From: Deltaproteobacteria bacterium
GTDB taxonomy: Bacteria; Desulfobacterota; DSM-4660; Desulfatiglandales; HGW-15
Length of the DNA stretch: 32,000 nt
Direction of reading: 5' to 3'
Assembly: GCA_019308745.1 (NCBI GenBank)
Contig: JAFDHO010000015.1
Location: 1-32,000, forward strand
Below, one piece after another: positions 18,134-26,164 of this stretch; position 1 is the first letter of the stretch; each line of letters starts with the position of its first letter. The translations under genes and the position numbers were made by a program. Under the pieces are notes generated by a model. That model saw only the letters and a list, made by a program, of their open reading frames with translations. It was not told the origin of the DNA and made no database searches.

Positions 18134-18162
18134 AATATAAGTCATCTGGGCCACCGGGTCAA
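18134..18162 (-). promoter_or_regulatory. sigma70-type promoter candidate for nrdJ
   Basis: On the minus strand: TTGACC (18162-18157), 17-nt spacer, TATATT (18139-18134). The -10 overlaps an AT-rich segment ending in TATAGTGT. Confidence 0.4.
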
Positions 18163-18295
18163 ACCGAGGGCCCCGACAGATGGTGGATATGGCTCTCCCA
18201 AGTAGTCTCTGTCCGGTTAACTCAAAGAGCCCACAAATGGGTCAATAGAGAGCCGGGTTGCCCAAGAAAAACACACTGCCGGTACTCGTCACAGG

Positions 18296-18324
18296 TTGAC
18301 TTAAGGGGACCAGGAATTTAATGT
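18296..18324 (+). promoter_or_regulatory. sigma70-type promoter candidate for uspA-lipA
   Basis: TTGACT (18296-18301), 17-nt spacer, TAATGT (18319-18324), about 45 nt upstream of the usp start. Confidence 0.4.
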
Positions 18325-18371
18325 AATGTCAGGATGGCCTTGCTCACAGAAATAGAAAAGGGGGATCGGAA

Positions 18372-18887
18372 ATGATGCCAGAGATAGAAAGGATCCTTTA
18401 CGCGACTGATCTGTCGGAAAACTCTGCATTTGCCTTCGGTTATGCAGTGGATTTCGCGGAAAAGCACGATGCCGAGTTGGTAATTCTCCATGTCTTAGAG
18501 GAGTTGCCGCCCAACACGAAGGCCCTCCTGGGGCTCTACCTGTCAGAGGAGAACCTCAAGAAGGCACTGGACCAAAAAGCTAACATCAAGGAGGAGATAA
18601 AGAAACGGCTGCAGTCCTTTTGCGACAGGCAAGTGAAGGAGGATCCCACGTGCACGGCCCGGGTGTCCGAGATCGAAGTATGCGAGGGATATCCAGCAGA
18701 CGAGATACTCAGAAAGGCAGATGAGGCACACTGTGACGTCATAATCATGGGAACGCACGGCAAGGGGCTCATCAGCCACACCTTCTTGGGCAGCGTGGCG
18801 CAAAGGGTCCTCCGCAGGGTGCGGAAGCCGGTTTTCATCGTACCAATCCCCAAGGATCACCAGGAGATTCAGGTGCCTGACCTATGA
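18372..18887 (+). CDS. universal stress protein (UspA family)
   Basis: 171 aa with ILYATDLSENS ... AELVILHV ... IIMGTHGKGLISHTFLGSVAQRVLR. Its stop overlaps the lipA start (ATGA). Confidence 0.9.
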   Translation: MMPEIERILYATDLSENSAFAFGYAVDFAEKHDAELVILHVLEELPPNTKALLGLYLSEENLKKALDQKANIKEEIKKRLQSFCDRQVKEDPTCTARVSEIEVCEGYPADEILRKADEAHCDVIIMGTHGKGLISHTFLGSVAQRVLRRVRKPVFIVPIPKDHQEIQVPDL

Positions 18888-19750
18888 AAGCCAGCAAGCC
18901 CGAGTGGCTCAGGAAGCGGGTCGTCACAGGCCGTGTATATAGGAACGTCCTTGATCTGCTCAAGAAGAGCGGACTCCATACGGTGTGCCAGGAAGCTCAC
19001 TGTCCAAATCTGGGCGAATGTTTTGCCCAGGGGACCTCGACGTTCATGATTCTGGGGGACAGATGTACGAGGGGGTGCACCTTTTGCGCCGTAAGACAAG
19101 ATGTGCCCCTTCCCTTGGATGGAGAGGAACCGGAGAAGGTTGCCGAGGCAGTGAGGGAACTCGGGCTGAGGTATGCCGTGATCACCTCTGTGACCCGGGA
19201 TGATCTGGCGGATGGGGGTGCGTCCCATTTTGCGAAAACCGTAAGGTCAGTGAAGAGGAGGAATCCGGGGACCCTCGTCGAGGTCCTCATCCCGGATTTT
19301 ATGGGTTCGAGAAGGGCCTTGGAGGAGGTCGTGGGTGCCGGGCCGGAGGTCATCAACCACAATATGGAAACAGTGCCCAGACTGTATCCATCCGTTAGGC
19401 CGGGGGCGGTTTACAGGAGATCCTTGAACCTTCTTCGGCGGGTAAAAGAGATGGATCAAAGGGTAGTCACCAAGTCAGGCCTGATGCTTGGGCTGGGTGA
19501 GGGCATCGGGGAGATAGGGGGGGTCTTCCAAGACCTGCGAAGGGCCGGCTGTGATCTTCTAACCCTCGGCCAATATCTTGCCCCTTCATCGGTGCATCGT
19601 CCCGTGGCTCGCTTTGTTCCACCGGATGAATTTGACAGGCTCAAAGAGAAGGCCCTGGGGATTGGTTTCAAGGCAGTGGCGTCGGGCCCCTTTGTCCGGA
19701 GCTCCTATCACGCAGGGGAGATGATCAAGGGCCTGGTGGAACGGGATTGA
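18884..19750 (+). CDS. lipA: lipoyl synthase
   Basis: 288 aa. Auxiliary cluster motif CQEAHCPNLGEC, radical-SAM motif CTRGCTFC, and LTLGQYL ... VRSSY. Confidence 0.95.
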   Translation: MKASKPEWLRKRVVTGRVYRNVLDLLKKSGLHTVCQEAHCPNLGECFAQGTSTFMILGDRCTRGCTFCAVRQDVPLPLDGEEPEKVAEAVRELGLRYAVITSVTRDDLADGGASHFAKTVRSVKRRNPGTLVEVLIPDFMGSRRALEEVVGAGPEVINHNMETVPRLYPSVRPGAVYRRSLNLLRRVKEMDQRVVTKSGLMLGLGEGIGEIGGVFQDLRRAGCDLLTLGQYLAPSSVHRPVARFVPPDEFDRLKEKALGIGFKAVASGPFVRSSYHAGEMIKGLVERD

Positions 19751-19958
19751 AGAGGCAAGGCCATGAGAGAGGGGCCACTCAACGAGGCAAGATCCAGGCG
19801 CCTGTTTCTCCATGTCTGGAGGTGACTGATGGCAAAAATACTCTATTGCCACCCGAAAACCTCACGCCATACGACCACCACATTTACACCAATCTTGACT
19901 TCTGGGATGCCAGGCGCATATTAGGACCCCTCGCGCTGGTTAAACAGAAGGAATCAGG

Positions 19959-21131
19959 TCATTTGTGCAACAGCTTGTTCAACTCAGAGACATCCCGCTC
20001 TTCCGACATCATCTTTGTGATCCTGCTGAATTCCTTCGTATCCCCGAGCATGATGCATCCTACGATCCTCTTATCATCAATGATGATCTTCTTATAGGTC
20101 CTGCCGTCGGTGAAGACCCTGGATTCAAACTTGTTTTCCGCATCAATGTCCCCTGCCGAGGCCAGGTCAATCCCCACAACCTTCAAAGTGGTCGACATGG
20201 TCGTTCCCGAATAGGTCAGATCACCACCCGCCATATTTACGCCGGCAATCTTCCCCTGTTCCATTGCCGCCGGCCAGATTCCGTAAGGTATTCCCTTGAA
20301 CTCGGCCACATCCCCAGCAGCAAACACATCCGGGCGATTTGTCCTCATATGATCATCCACCTTTATTCCCTTGTCCTTTTCAAGGGCCAATGGTTCGGCG
20401 AGTTCCAGATTGGGCCGAACACCTGCGGAGATGACAACCATATCTGCTGCGAGGGTCTCCCCTCCCTCAAGCCTTACCTCAGAGGCCTTCTCCTCCCCCG
20501 TAATCTCCCGGGTCTTGGCACCAAGGCGAAAAGTAAAGCCCATCTCTTCCATGATGCCCTGTAGTCTCCGGGCTCCATCGGTGTCCAATTGTCTGGGCAG
20601 AAGTCTGGGAAAGAACTCGACCACAGTTACCTTCTTTCCGAGCTTGCGGAGGGCATTTCCGGACTCAAGACCCAGGAGTCCTCCCCCGATCACAACAACC
20701 TCTTCAGCGGTCTGTGCCCAGGCAGATATGTCCCGGGCATCCTGAATGGATCTCAGGGTAAAGACCCCCCTTTTGTCGGCTCCTTTGATGGGGGGCACAA
20801 AGGAATGACTTCCCGTGGCAATCAGGAGGATATCGTACGGGAGCTGTTGTCCGTCCTGCGCAAGGAGGATTTTCCTCTCAGGGTCAGCGCCGGTCGCTCT
20901 CCTGTTCGTCTCCATCCCGATCTTTTCGCTTTCATACCATTCCGTTTTTCTGGCAATAAGATCTTTTTCTGTTATGTCTCCGGAGATCATCTCGTTGAGG
21001 CGAATCCTATAATAAAAGGGAGTGTCCTCATCTGTCAGGACAGTGATCGAACCGTCCCTATCATGTTTGCGGATATTTTCAGCTGCTGTCGTCCCTGCCA
21101 CACCGTTACCAATAATCACGTATCTCTTCAT
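19959..21131 (-). CDS. FAD/NAD(P)H-dependent pyridine-nucleotide-disulfide oxidoreductase (rubredoxin-reductase/NirB-like)
   Basis: MKRYVIIGNGVAGTTAAE (FAD GxGxxG) and VVVIGGGLLGLESG (NAD site). ATG 21131, with a GGAGGG ribosome-binding site, is preferred over the track start at 21215. Confidence 0.85.
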   Translation of the reverse strand: MKRYVIIGNGVAGTTAAENIRKHDRDGSITVLTDEDTPFYYRIRLNEMISGDITEKDLIARKTEWYESEKIGMETNRRATGADPERKILLAQDGQQLPYDILLIATGSHSFVPPIKGADKRGVFTLRSIQDARDISAWAQTAEEVVVIGGGLLGLESGNALRKLGKKVTVVEFFPRLLPRQLDTDGARRLQGIMEEMGFTFRLGAKTREITGEEKASEVRLEGGETLAADMVVISAGVRPNLELAEPLALEKDKGIKVDDHMRTNRPDVFAAGDVAEFKGIPYGIWPAAMEQGKIAGVNMAGGDLTYSGTTMSTTLKVVGIDLASAGDIDAENKFESRVFTDGRTYKKIIIDDKRIVGCIMLGDTKEFSRITKMMSEERDVSELNKLLHK

Positions 21132-21247
21132 TCCAGAGGGCCCTCCTCTCCGTCCGACTCTTTCCAGGATTTTCACACACTTTCCTTTGACATACAAGGG
21201 CTTTTCCCATAACATAGGACACCCATTCTTTCGCGGAGGAGGGACCC

Positions 21248-21709
21248 ATGAACTTCAAGTGCTTTGAAGAGATCATTGCGTTCGCTATTGACAAAGAAGA
21301 GGAGGCCGTCGCCTTCTACGAAGAAGCTGCCGAGCAGGAACCCTATTCTGGTGCCAAGAAGACCTTTGAGGAATTTGCCGGAGAAGAAAGAAAGCACGCC
21401 TCTCTCTTGGAAGGGGTATTGAGGGGAGAAACAAGGGTATCAGAATATGAGCTCAAACGGATACCTGATCTCAAGAGGAGTGATTACCTGGTTGATATGA
21501 CTTATGAGGAGGGCATGCCCTATGCCGATATCCTGCGGCTTGCCATGAAACGGGAAGAAAAGTCCCTGAAATTATACAATAGCCTGGCGGACAGGGCAGA
21601 GAAGGAAGACCTCCTCAAGCTCTTCAGGATGCTTAGCCAGGAGGAGGCAAAACACAAACTTGCCATCGAGACCCTCTATGATGATTATATGGCAGAGCAG
21701 GGGGACTGA
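21248..21709 (+). CDS. rubrerythrin/ferritin-like diiron protein (no rubredoxin domain)
   Basis: 153 aa with paired E...ExxH-type segments (EAVAFYEEAA, EERKHASLLE, EEKSLKLY, EEAKHKLAIE). Divergent from the oxidoreductase gene. Confidence 0.8.
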   Translation: MNFKCFEEIIAFAIDKEEEAVAFYEEAAEQEPYSGAKKTFEEFAGEERKHASLLEGVLRGETRVSEYELKRIPDLKRSDYLVDMTYEEGMPYADILRLAMKREEKSLKLYNSLADRAEKEDLLKLFRMLSQEEAKHKLAIETLYDDYMAEQGD

Positions 21710-21763
21710 AGGGAATCTGCCCTCTATGGGGGGGAGGTTGTCGTCCTGATCGTACCAAAGGCA

Positions 21764-22144
21764 CTAGGGGGAGAATATGGATTGAAAGACGCGGCACCCC
21801 CTGCACATCGCCATCTTTGCCTCCCATGAGTGCTGTGCCTCTCCTTTGCATATGGTGCCGTTTATGAACCAGCAAAGGTGCCCCACTCTGAACTCCCATG
21901 CGGGGCAAAGCTCCTTTTTCTCCTCCGGACAATCGGTCTTTTCCCAGCATTTATGCATATTATTGGCCGAGGCCAGCTTGCTGGCAAGGAGGAACAGGAT
22001 CTGCCTCTCAGCATAAACCGGGACCTTCCTGTATCCCTGCTCAAAGCTCTGAACGGCCTTGATCGAGCAACCAAGCAACTGGGCCATCTGGGCCTGGGTC
22101 TTTCCAAGTCTCCTTCTTATGGACGCGAATTGTTCTTTTTCCAA
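21764..22144 (-). CDS. XRE-family HTH regulator fused to a 7-Cys C-terminal domain
   Basis: 126 aa. HTH segment: LGKTQAQMAQLLGCSIKAVQSFEQG. C-terminal segment: KCWEKTDCPEEKKELCPAWEF..HLCWFINGTICKG...CRGCRVF, i.e. two C-W motifs plus CxxC. Confidence 0.8.
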   Translation of the reverse strand: MEKEQFASIRRRLGKTQAQMAQLLGCSIKAVQSFEQGYRKVPVYAERQILFLLASKLASANNMHKCWEKTDCPEEKKELCPAWEFRVGHLCWFINGTICKGEAQHSWEAKMAMCRGCRVFQSIFSP

Positions 22145-22266
22145 TAGCTTTCTCCGGTATTTTTGCCAATACTATCACAGCGTGCCGTGAAGTCAACAAG
22201 GCCGCCCCGTTTGCCGGGCCAAAAACGGGAGGGCAGGGTTTTGCGCCAATCAAATGAAGCAGGGTG

Positions 22267-22296
22267 TTGACTTGATATGCTACAAAGTGGTATAGA
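22267..22296 (+). promoter_or_regulatory. sigma70-type promoter candidate (extended -10) for the PP-loop/E1 genes
   Basis: TTGACT (22267-22272), 18-nt spacer ending in TGg, then TATAGA (22291-22296). It gives a ~165-nt leader. Confidence 0.45.
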
Positions 22297-22462
22297 ATTT
22301 CAGGGGGCCCCTTAAGGGGGCGTAGCTTTGGAATGGGACAGGCTTTTGCCCACGTCCTTCTGTTTGCTTGATCCCCGATCCGGGTGTGTCGCGGCACCGT
22401 ATGGCCCCTTGGGACGTTCTTTCACGAAGCTCAACTTGAAGACGAGGTCGCTTTAGGGAACG

Positions 22463-22960
22463 GTGATAAATACCATGGGCTCCAGGAAAGAAAAGACAAA
22501 GGCCGTCGGGCTCCTCTCTGGAGGCCTCGACAGTACCTTGGCCGCCAAGATCCTTATGGACCAAGGGATAGAGGTGTACGCGATCAATTTTACATCGCCC
22601 TTTTGCACCTGCACTCCCAAATCTGCGGGATGTGCAGCGGTGATAACGGCTGTCAGGGAATTGGGAGGCATTCCCCTGAGGCGAATTGCCTTGAGGGATG
22701 AATACCTTGAGATCGTTAGAAATCCAAGGTTCGGGTACGGCTCGGGCATGAATCCCTGCATAGACTGTAGGATCGAGAAGATCAGACGGGCCGGGGACTA
22801 TATGAGGGAGATAGGGGCCTCGTTTCTATTCACGGGCGAAGTCCTTGGTCAGCGGCCCATGTCCCAGCACCGGAAGGCCCTCAGGATCATAGATGAGAAT
22901 TCAGGCCTCAAGGGCCACATCCTCAGGCCCCGTTGTGCTTCTCCAGGGCCGGGATATTGA
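22463..22960 (+). CDS. PP-loop (N-type ATP pyrophosphatase) protein, MnmA/ThiI-like, apparently truncated
   Basis: 165 aa with VGLLSGGLDSTLAA (PP-loop), NPCIDCRIEKIRRAG and FTGEVLGQRPMSQ ... GHILRP. The frame ends right after LRP, where from memory homologues continue for more than 100 aa. Confidence 0.8.
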   Translation: MINTMGSRKEKTKAVGLLSGGLDSTLAAKILMDQGIEVYAINFTSPFCTCTPKSAGCAAVITAVRELGGIPLRRIALRDEYLEIVRNPRFGYGSGMNPCIDCRIEKIRRAGDYMREIGASFLFTGEVLGQRPMSQHRKALRIIDENSGLKGHILRPRCASPGPGY

Positions 22961-23132
22961 GGCTGCAACGAAGAAATTGCTATATTATATAAAGCATGCC
23001 CCTCCGGGGGATTTTCAGATCAGCTACAGCCATGGGGGTCACAGGGGATTGATCACAGTGGAAGGTGGAGGGTGTTCCCGTGAGGGCATGGAAGATCAGA
23101 GGGTACGGTACCGGGCGTACCTCACAGGATGA
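22893..23132 (+). pseudogene. possible out-of-frame C-terminal remnant of the PP-loop gene
   Basis: A shift of one nucleotide at the C-run 22928-22931 joins ...GHILRP to VVLLQGRDIEAATKKLLYYIKHAPPGDFQISYSHGGHRGLITVEG. This loosely resembles the C-terminal end of the long family members as I recall them. Confidence 0.35.
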
Positions 23133-23200
23133 GGAGGCGTGCCGATCTGATCTTTCCGGATCGTGGGAAGAGAACATCAGACAGGAGGGACTCTTAAGGA

Positions 23201-24307
23201 ATGAAGAAAAATGAATTAACAGACGCGGAACTGGAGACATATGCAAGGCAAATAGTCCTTGAAGATATCGGGTATGATGGCCAGCTAAAGTTGAGAAATG
23301 CGCGGGCCTGCATTGTGGGCATGGGCGGTCTTGGGACCCTCCTTTCCTTGAAGCTGGTAGGTATGGGCATCGGATATCTTCGAATGGTGGATAGGGATAT
23401 CGTGTCCCGGTCCGACCTCCACAGGCAACACCTATACGACGTGGATTCAGTTGGTCAACCAAAGGTGGAGGTGGCCTTGAGGAAACTGGGACAGTTGAAC
23501 CCCGACGTTGAGCTGGATGCCTGCCCCGAGTCCTTGAATTCTGTCAACGCAGAGGACTTGATTGGGGACATGGACGTGGTCCTCGACGGGCTGGACAGGC
23601 CGGAACCCCGCTACATCGTGAACCGCACCTGCAACAAGGTGAAGGTCCCCTATGTTTTCGGCGCGGCCATACAGACCCTGGGAAACACCACCACCATCGT
23701 CCCGGGAAAGACCCTGTGCCTGGAATGCTTCATGCCGGGTCTTACAGAGGACGACCTGCCAAAATGTGGCGTCGTGGGAGTCCACCCCTCGAGCCTGGGG
23801 ATAGTAACTGCTGTTCAGGCATACGAAGCCGCGCGAGTGGTCATGGGGAAGGAACCCATGCTCCTGAACAAGCTCCTATACATCGACCTCGGAGACATGA
23901 AATTCAACACCCTCAAGCTTAAGGCGCGGGAAGACTGCCCCGTCTGTGGCCCCATGGCGAAGGAGGCCCCTCCACCCATCAGGGACAAGTTCTACGAAGA
24001 GACCTGCGCTCGTGATGGGCGGAGGAACTTCGTCTTGACTCCCAAAAAAGGAATCGAGATAGAGCTCCAGAAGGTCGAGGACATCGTCAGGGAGAAGGGC
24101 TTTACCATAAAGAGCACTGGAAACCTTGGCCTGACCTTTGTTCAGCCCCGGGACGTGGTGACAAGTATACTCAAGAGCGGAACGATGATTGTACAGACAC
24201 CCCCGAACCTGACGGAAGATTACAGGGAAGAGGCCTTGGGGACCTACAAAGGGATCCTTGTCGACGGCCTTGGTCTATCCCCGGGCATCCTGCCTGACGA
24301 GGGATGA
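23201..24307 (+). CDS. ThiF/MoeB/HesA-family E1-like adenylyltransferase with an uncharacterised ~110-aa C-terminal domain
   Basis: 368 aa with YARQIVLEDIGYDGQLKL, the nucleotide loop VGMGGLGT, DRDIVSRSDLHRQ and Zn-type pairs CLEC ... CPVC. Residues ~258-368 are not rhodanese-like (no CxxGxR loop). Confidence 0.9.
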   Translation: MKKNELTDAELETYARQIVLEDIGYDGQLKLRNARACIVGMGGLGTLLSLKLVGMGIGYLRMVDRDIVSRSDLHRQHLYDVDSVGQPKVEVALRKLGQLNPDVELDACPESLNSVNAEDLIGDMDVVLDGLDRPEPRYIVNRTCNKVKVPYVFGAAIQTLGNTTTIVPGKTLCLECFMPGLTEDDLPKCGVVGVHPSSLGIVTAVQAYEAARVVMGKEPMLLNKLLYIDLGDMKFNTLKLKAREDCPVCGPMAKEAPPPIRDKFYEETCARDGRRNFVLTPKKGIEIELQKVEDIVREKGFTIKSTGNLGLTFVQPRDVVTSILKSGTMIVQTPPNLTEDYREEALGTYKGILVDGLGLSPGILPDEG

Positions 24308-24332
24308 CGGACATGGCAGGCGGAGATAGGTC

Positions 24333-25151
24333 TCAGAAACCCGGGGGAAAGATGGTGCCCCTCAAGAGAAAGATGCCCCCGCCAATGGCCATAAGGGCAA
24401 TGGCGGTATAGTCCTGTGACCTCAGTCGCAATTCCCTCAGGTAGGTCCTCCTTCCCCTTTCATACCCCCGGCTTTCCATTGCGGTGACCAGGTTGTCAGC
24501 CCGGTGAAGTGTTCTTATCATAAGCGGGACAAGGAGAACCAGGTTGGCCCTGGCCCTCTCTAAGAGGGTTCCCCCGTTGAAACATGCCCCCCTTGCCATT
24601 TGAGCTTCCTTCATTCTCTCAACTTCGTCCAGGATAGTGGGAACGAACCTCAGGGCGACAGAAATCATGAGCGCAATGTCATGGGAGGGGATCTTGAAGA
24701 TCTTCAGGGGCCTCAGGGCCCTTTCGATACCACATACAAGTTCTGAGGGCGGTGTGGTCATGGTCAGCAGGGAGCCGTTTAAGAGGAGCAGGGCGAATTG
24801 CCAGGAGACAAGCAGGCCCTTGAAAAGGCCTTCCTCGGTAATTGTTACGTGCCAGATGGGAAAGGGCGGAAGGGCCCTTCCAGGAGTGAAGAAGAGATGG
24901 ACACCGAACAGGAGTGCCAGAAAGAACAGGATGGGTCGCATGGCTCGAACCACCCTCCGGAAAGAGAGGTTTGACAGGAGGATTATGGCCAACAGGCATA
25001 GCGTGATCATGGACAAGGAAAGGGCGCTGCCACGGAGTATCATGATGCTTAACAGGATGACTGCCCCGATCTTGACCCTGGGGTCAAGCCCGTGTACCGG
25101 AGAGTCAGCCGCTATATAGTGCCCCATCTTGAACAAGTCCTTCGCGGTCAA
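24333..25151 (-). CDS. ecfT: ECF transporter T component (BioN/EcfT, CbiQ family)
   Basis: 272 aa, polytopic, with ALRFVPTILDEVERMKEAQMARG. TTG start at 25151 has an AGGGGG ribosome-binding site; ATG at 25127 is an alternative. Confidence 0.9.
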   Translation of the reverse strand: MTAKDLFKMGHYIAADSPVHGLDPRVKIGAVILLSIMILRGSALSLSMITLCLLAIILLSNLSFRRVVRAMRPILFFLALLFGVHLFFTPGRALPPFPIWHVTITEEGLFKGLLVSWQFALLLLNGSLLTMTTPPSELVCGIERALRPLKIFKIPSHDIALMISVALRFVPTILDEVERMKEAQMARGACFNGGTLLERARANLVLLVPLMIRTLHRADNLVTAMESRGYERGRRTYLRELRLRSQDYTAIALMAIGGGIFLLRGTIFPPGF

Positions 25152-25186
25152 CCAAGGCCCCCTTTTTTCGCTACGTCGATCTTGTT

Positions 25187-25313
25187 GCGGGGAGCTTCAC
25201 TGAGTGCTTTGGGTGCTTACAGATACCTGGGAGGAACCTGACGGATCCTGGTGAAGCTCCCCGTGCTTCCGAGATCCAGGCTAAAAGGACCACTGCCCAC
25301 TTGGCAGATCCCG
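25187..25313 (+). repeat. partial, diverged member of the structured repeat family, in the ecfA-ecfT spacer
   Basis: It shares GCGGGGAGCTT (25187-25197 = 28969-28979) and TGGCAGATCCCG (25302-25313 = 29015-29026) with copy B. It also has its own 13-bp stem, CGGGGAGCTTCAC (25188-25200) with 25251-25263. Confidence 0.55.
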
Positions 25314-25318
25314 GCCAT

Positions 25319-26164
25319 TTATCCCCCACCCGGTTTTGACAGTAGTGGGAACAATTCCTCAGCGGCCTTATCTATGGTAAAGACACAAGGATCCACCTGA
25401 ATTCCCATTTCCCGCATTCGCCACATGAGCTTTGAGATCTCGGGGATCTCCAGACCCATGTCTTCGAGGTATCCTCTCTTGGAAAAGACCTCCTCGGGTT
25501 CCCCTTTGGTCATGATTTCCCCGTGGTGCATAACGAAGACGAGGTCGGCCTGAACCGCTTCACTCATGCCATGGGTGACGTGGATGATGGTAATCCCGTG
25601 ATTCTTAAGATCGAGGGTGAGTTCCATGACCCGTTGTTTCCACAGTGGATCCAGATAGGTCGTCGGCTCATCAAGGATGAGATACTTGGGTTCCGTGGCC
25701 AGGACGCCTGCAATGGCGACCAGTTGTTTTTCACCGTTGGAAAGGGCCTGCGGCGGCCTCTTGGCGTGGCTATCCATGCCCACGGTCTCCAGGGATTTCC
25801 GAACGCGGTTCCTGATTTCAGAGGGGGGCATGTTCAAATTCCCGGGCCCAAAGGCAACATCTTCCTCCACGGTCATTCCCACAATCTGGTCATCGGGGTT
25901 CTGAAAGACCATGCCGACCCTCTGCCTTATCCCTTTCAGGTTGCGGCTGTCCCGGGTATCCATTTCGTCTACGAGTACCTCTCCTGCCGTGGGAAGTAAG
26001 AGGCCATTCAGATGCTTTACCAGTGTGGTCTTCCCGCATCCATTCGGTCCTATGATGGCCACGTGCTTCCCTTCTCTTATCTCCATGTTTATGTTCTTAA
26101 GGACGGGTGTCCCATTGTCTTCGTAAGCAAAATGGAGGTCTCTGGTCAGAATCATTGCTATCAC
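25319..26164 (-). CDS. ecfA: ECF transporter ATPase (BioM/EcfA)
   Basis: 281 aa. Walker A GPNGCGKTT, signature LSNGEKQLVAIA, Walker B LILDEPTTYLD. It overlaps the bioY stop by 4 nt. Confidence 0.93.
   Translation of the reverse strand: MIAMILTRDLHFAYEDNGTPVLKNINMEIREGKHVAIIGPNGCGKTTLVKHLNGLLLPTAGEVLVDEMDTRDSRNLKGIRQRVGMVFQNPDDQIVGMTVEEDVAFGPGNLNMPPSEIRNRVRKSLETVGMDSHAKRPPQALSNGEKQLVAIAGVLATEPKYLILDEPTTYLDPLWKQRVMELTLDLKNHGITIIHVTHGMSEAVQADLVFVMHHGEIMTKGEPEEVFSKRGYLEDMGLEIPEISKLMWRMREMGIQVDPCVFTIDKAAEELFPLLSKPGGG

Noticed and set aside
18059-18371. Cobalamin riboswitch in the 313-bp region upstream of B12-dependent nrdJ.
   Set aside because: No B12-box-like sequence or the conserved multi-helix junction was found on the nrdJ strand. 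Biologically, B12 riboswitches usually control B12-independent isozymes rather than nrdJ. The space is adequately explained by two divergent promoters.
22316-22390. tRNA-like beginning GGGGGCGTAGCTTTGGAATGGGA downstream of the predicted promoter.
   Set aside because: The D-arm cannot close (GCTT vs CAGG). There is no anticodon stem and no GGTTCGAATCC-type T-loop or matching acceptor 3' strand. It is not a tRNA.
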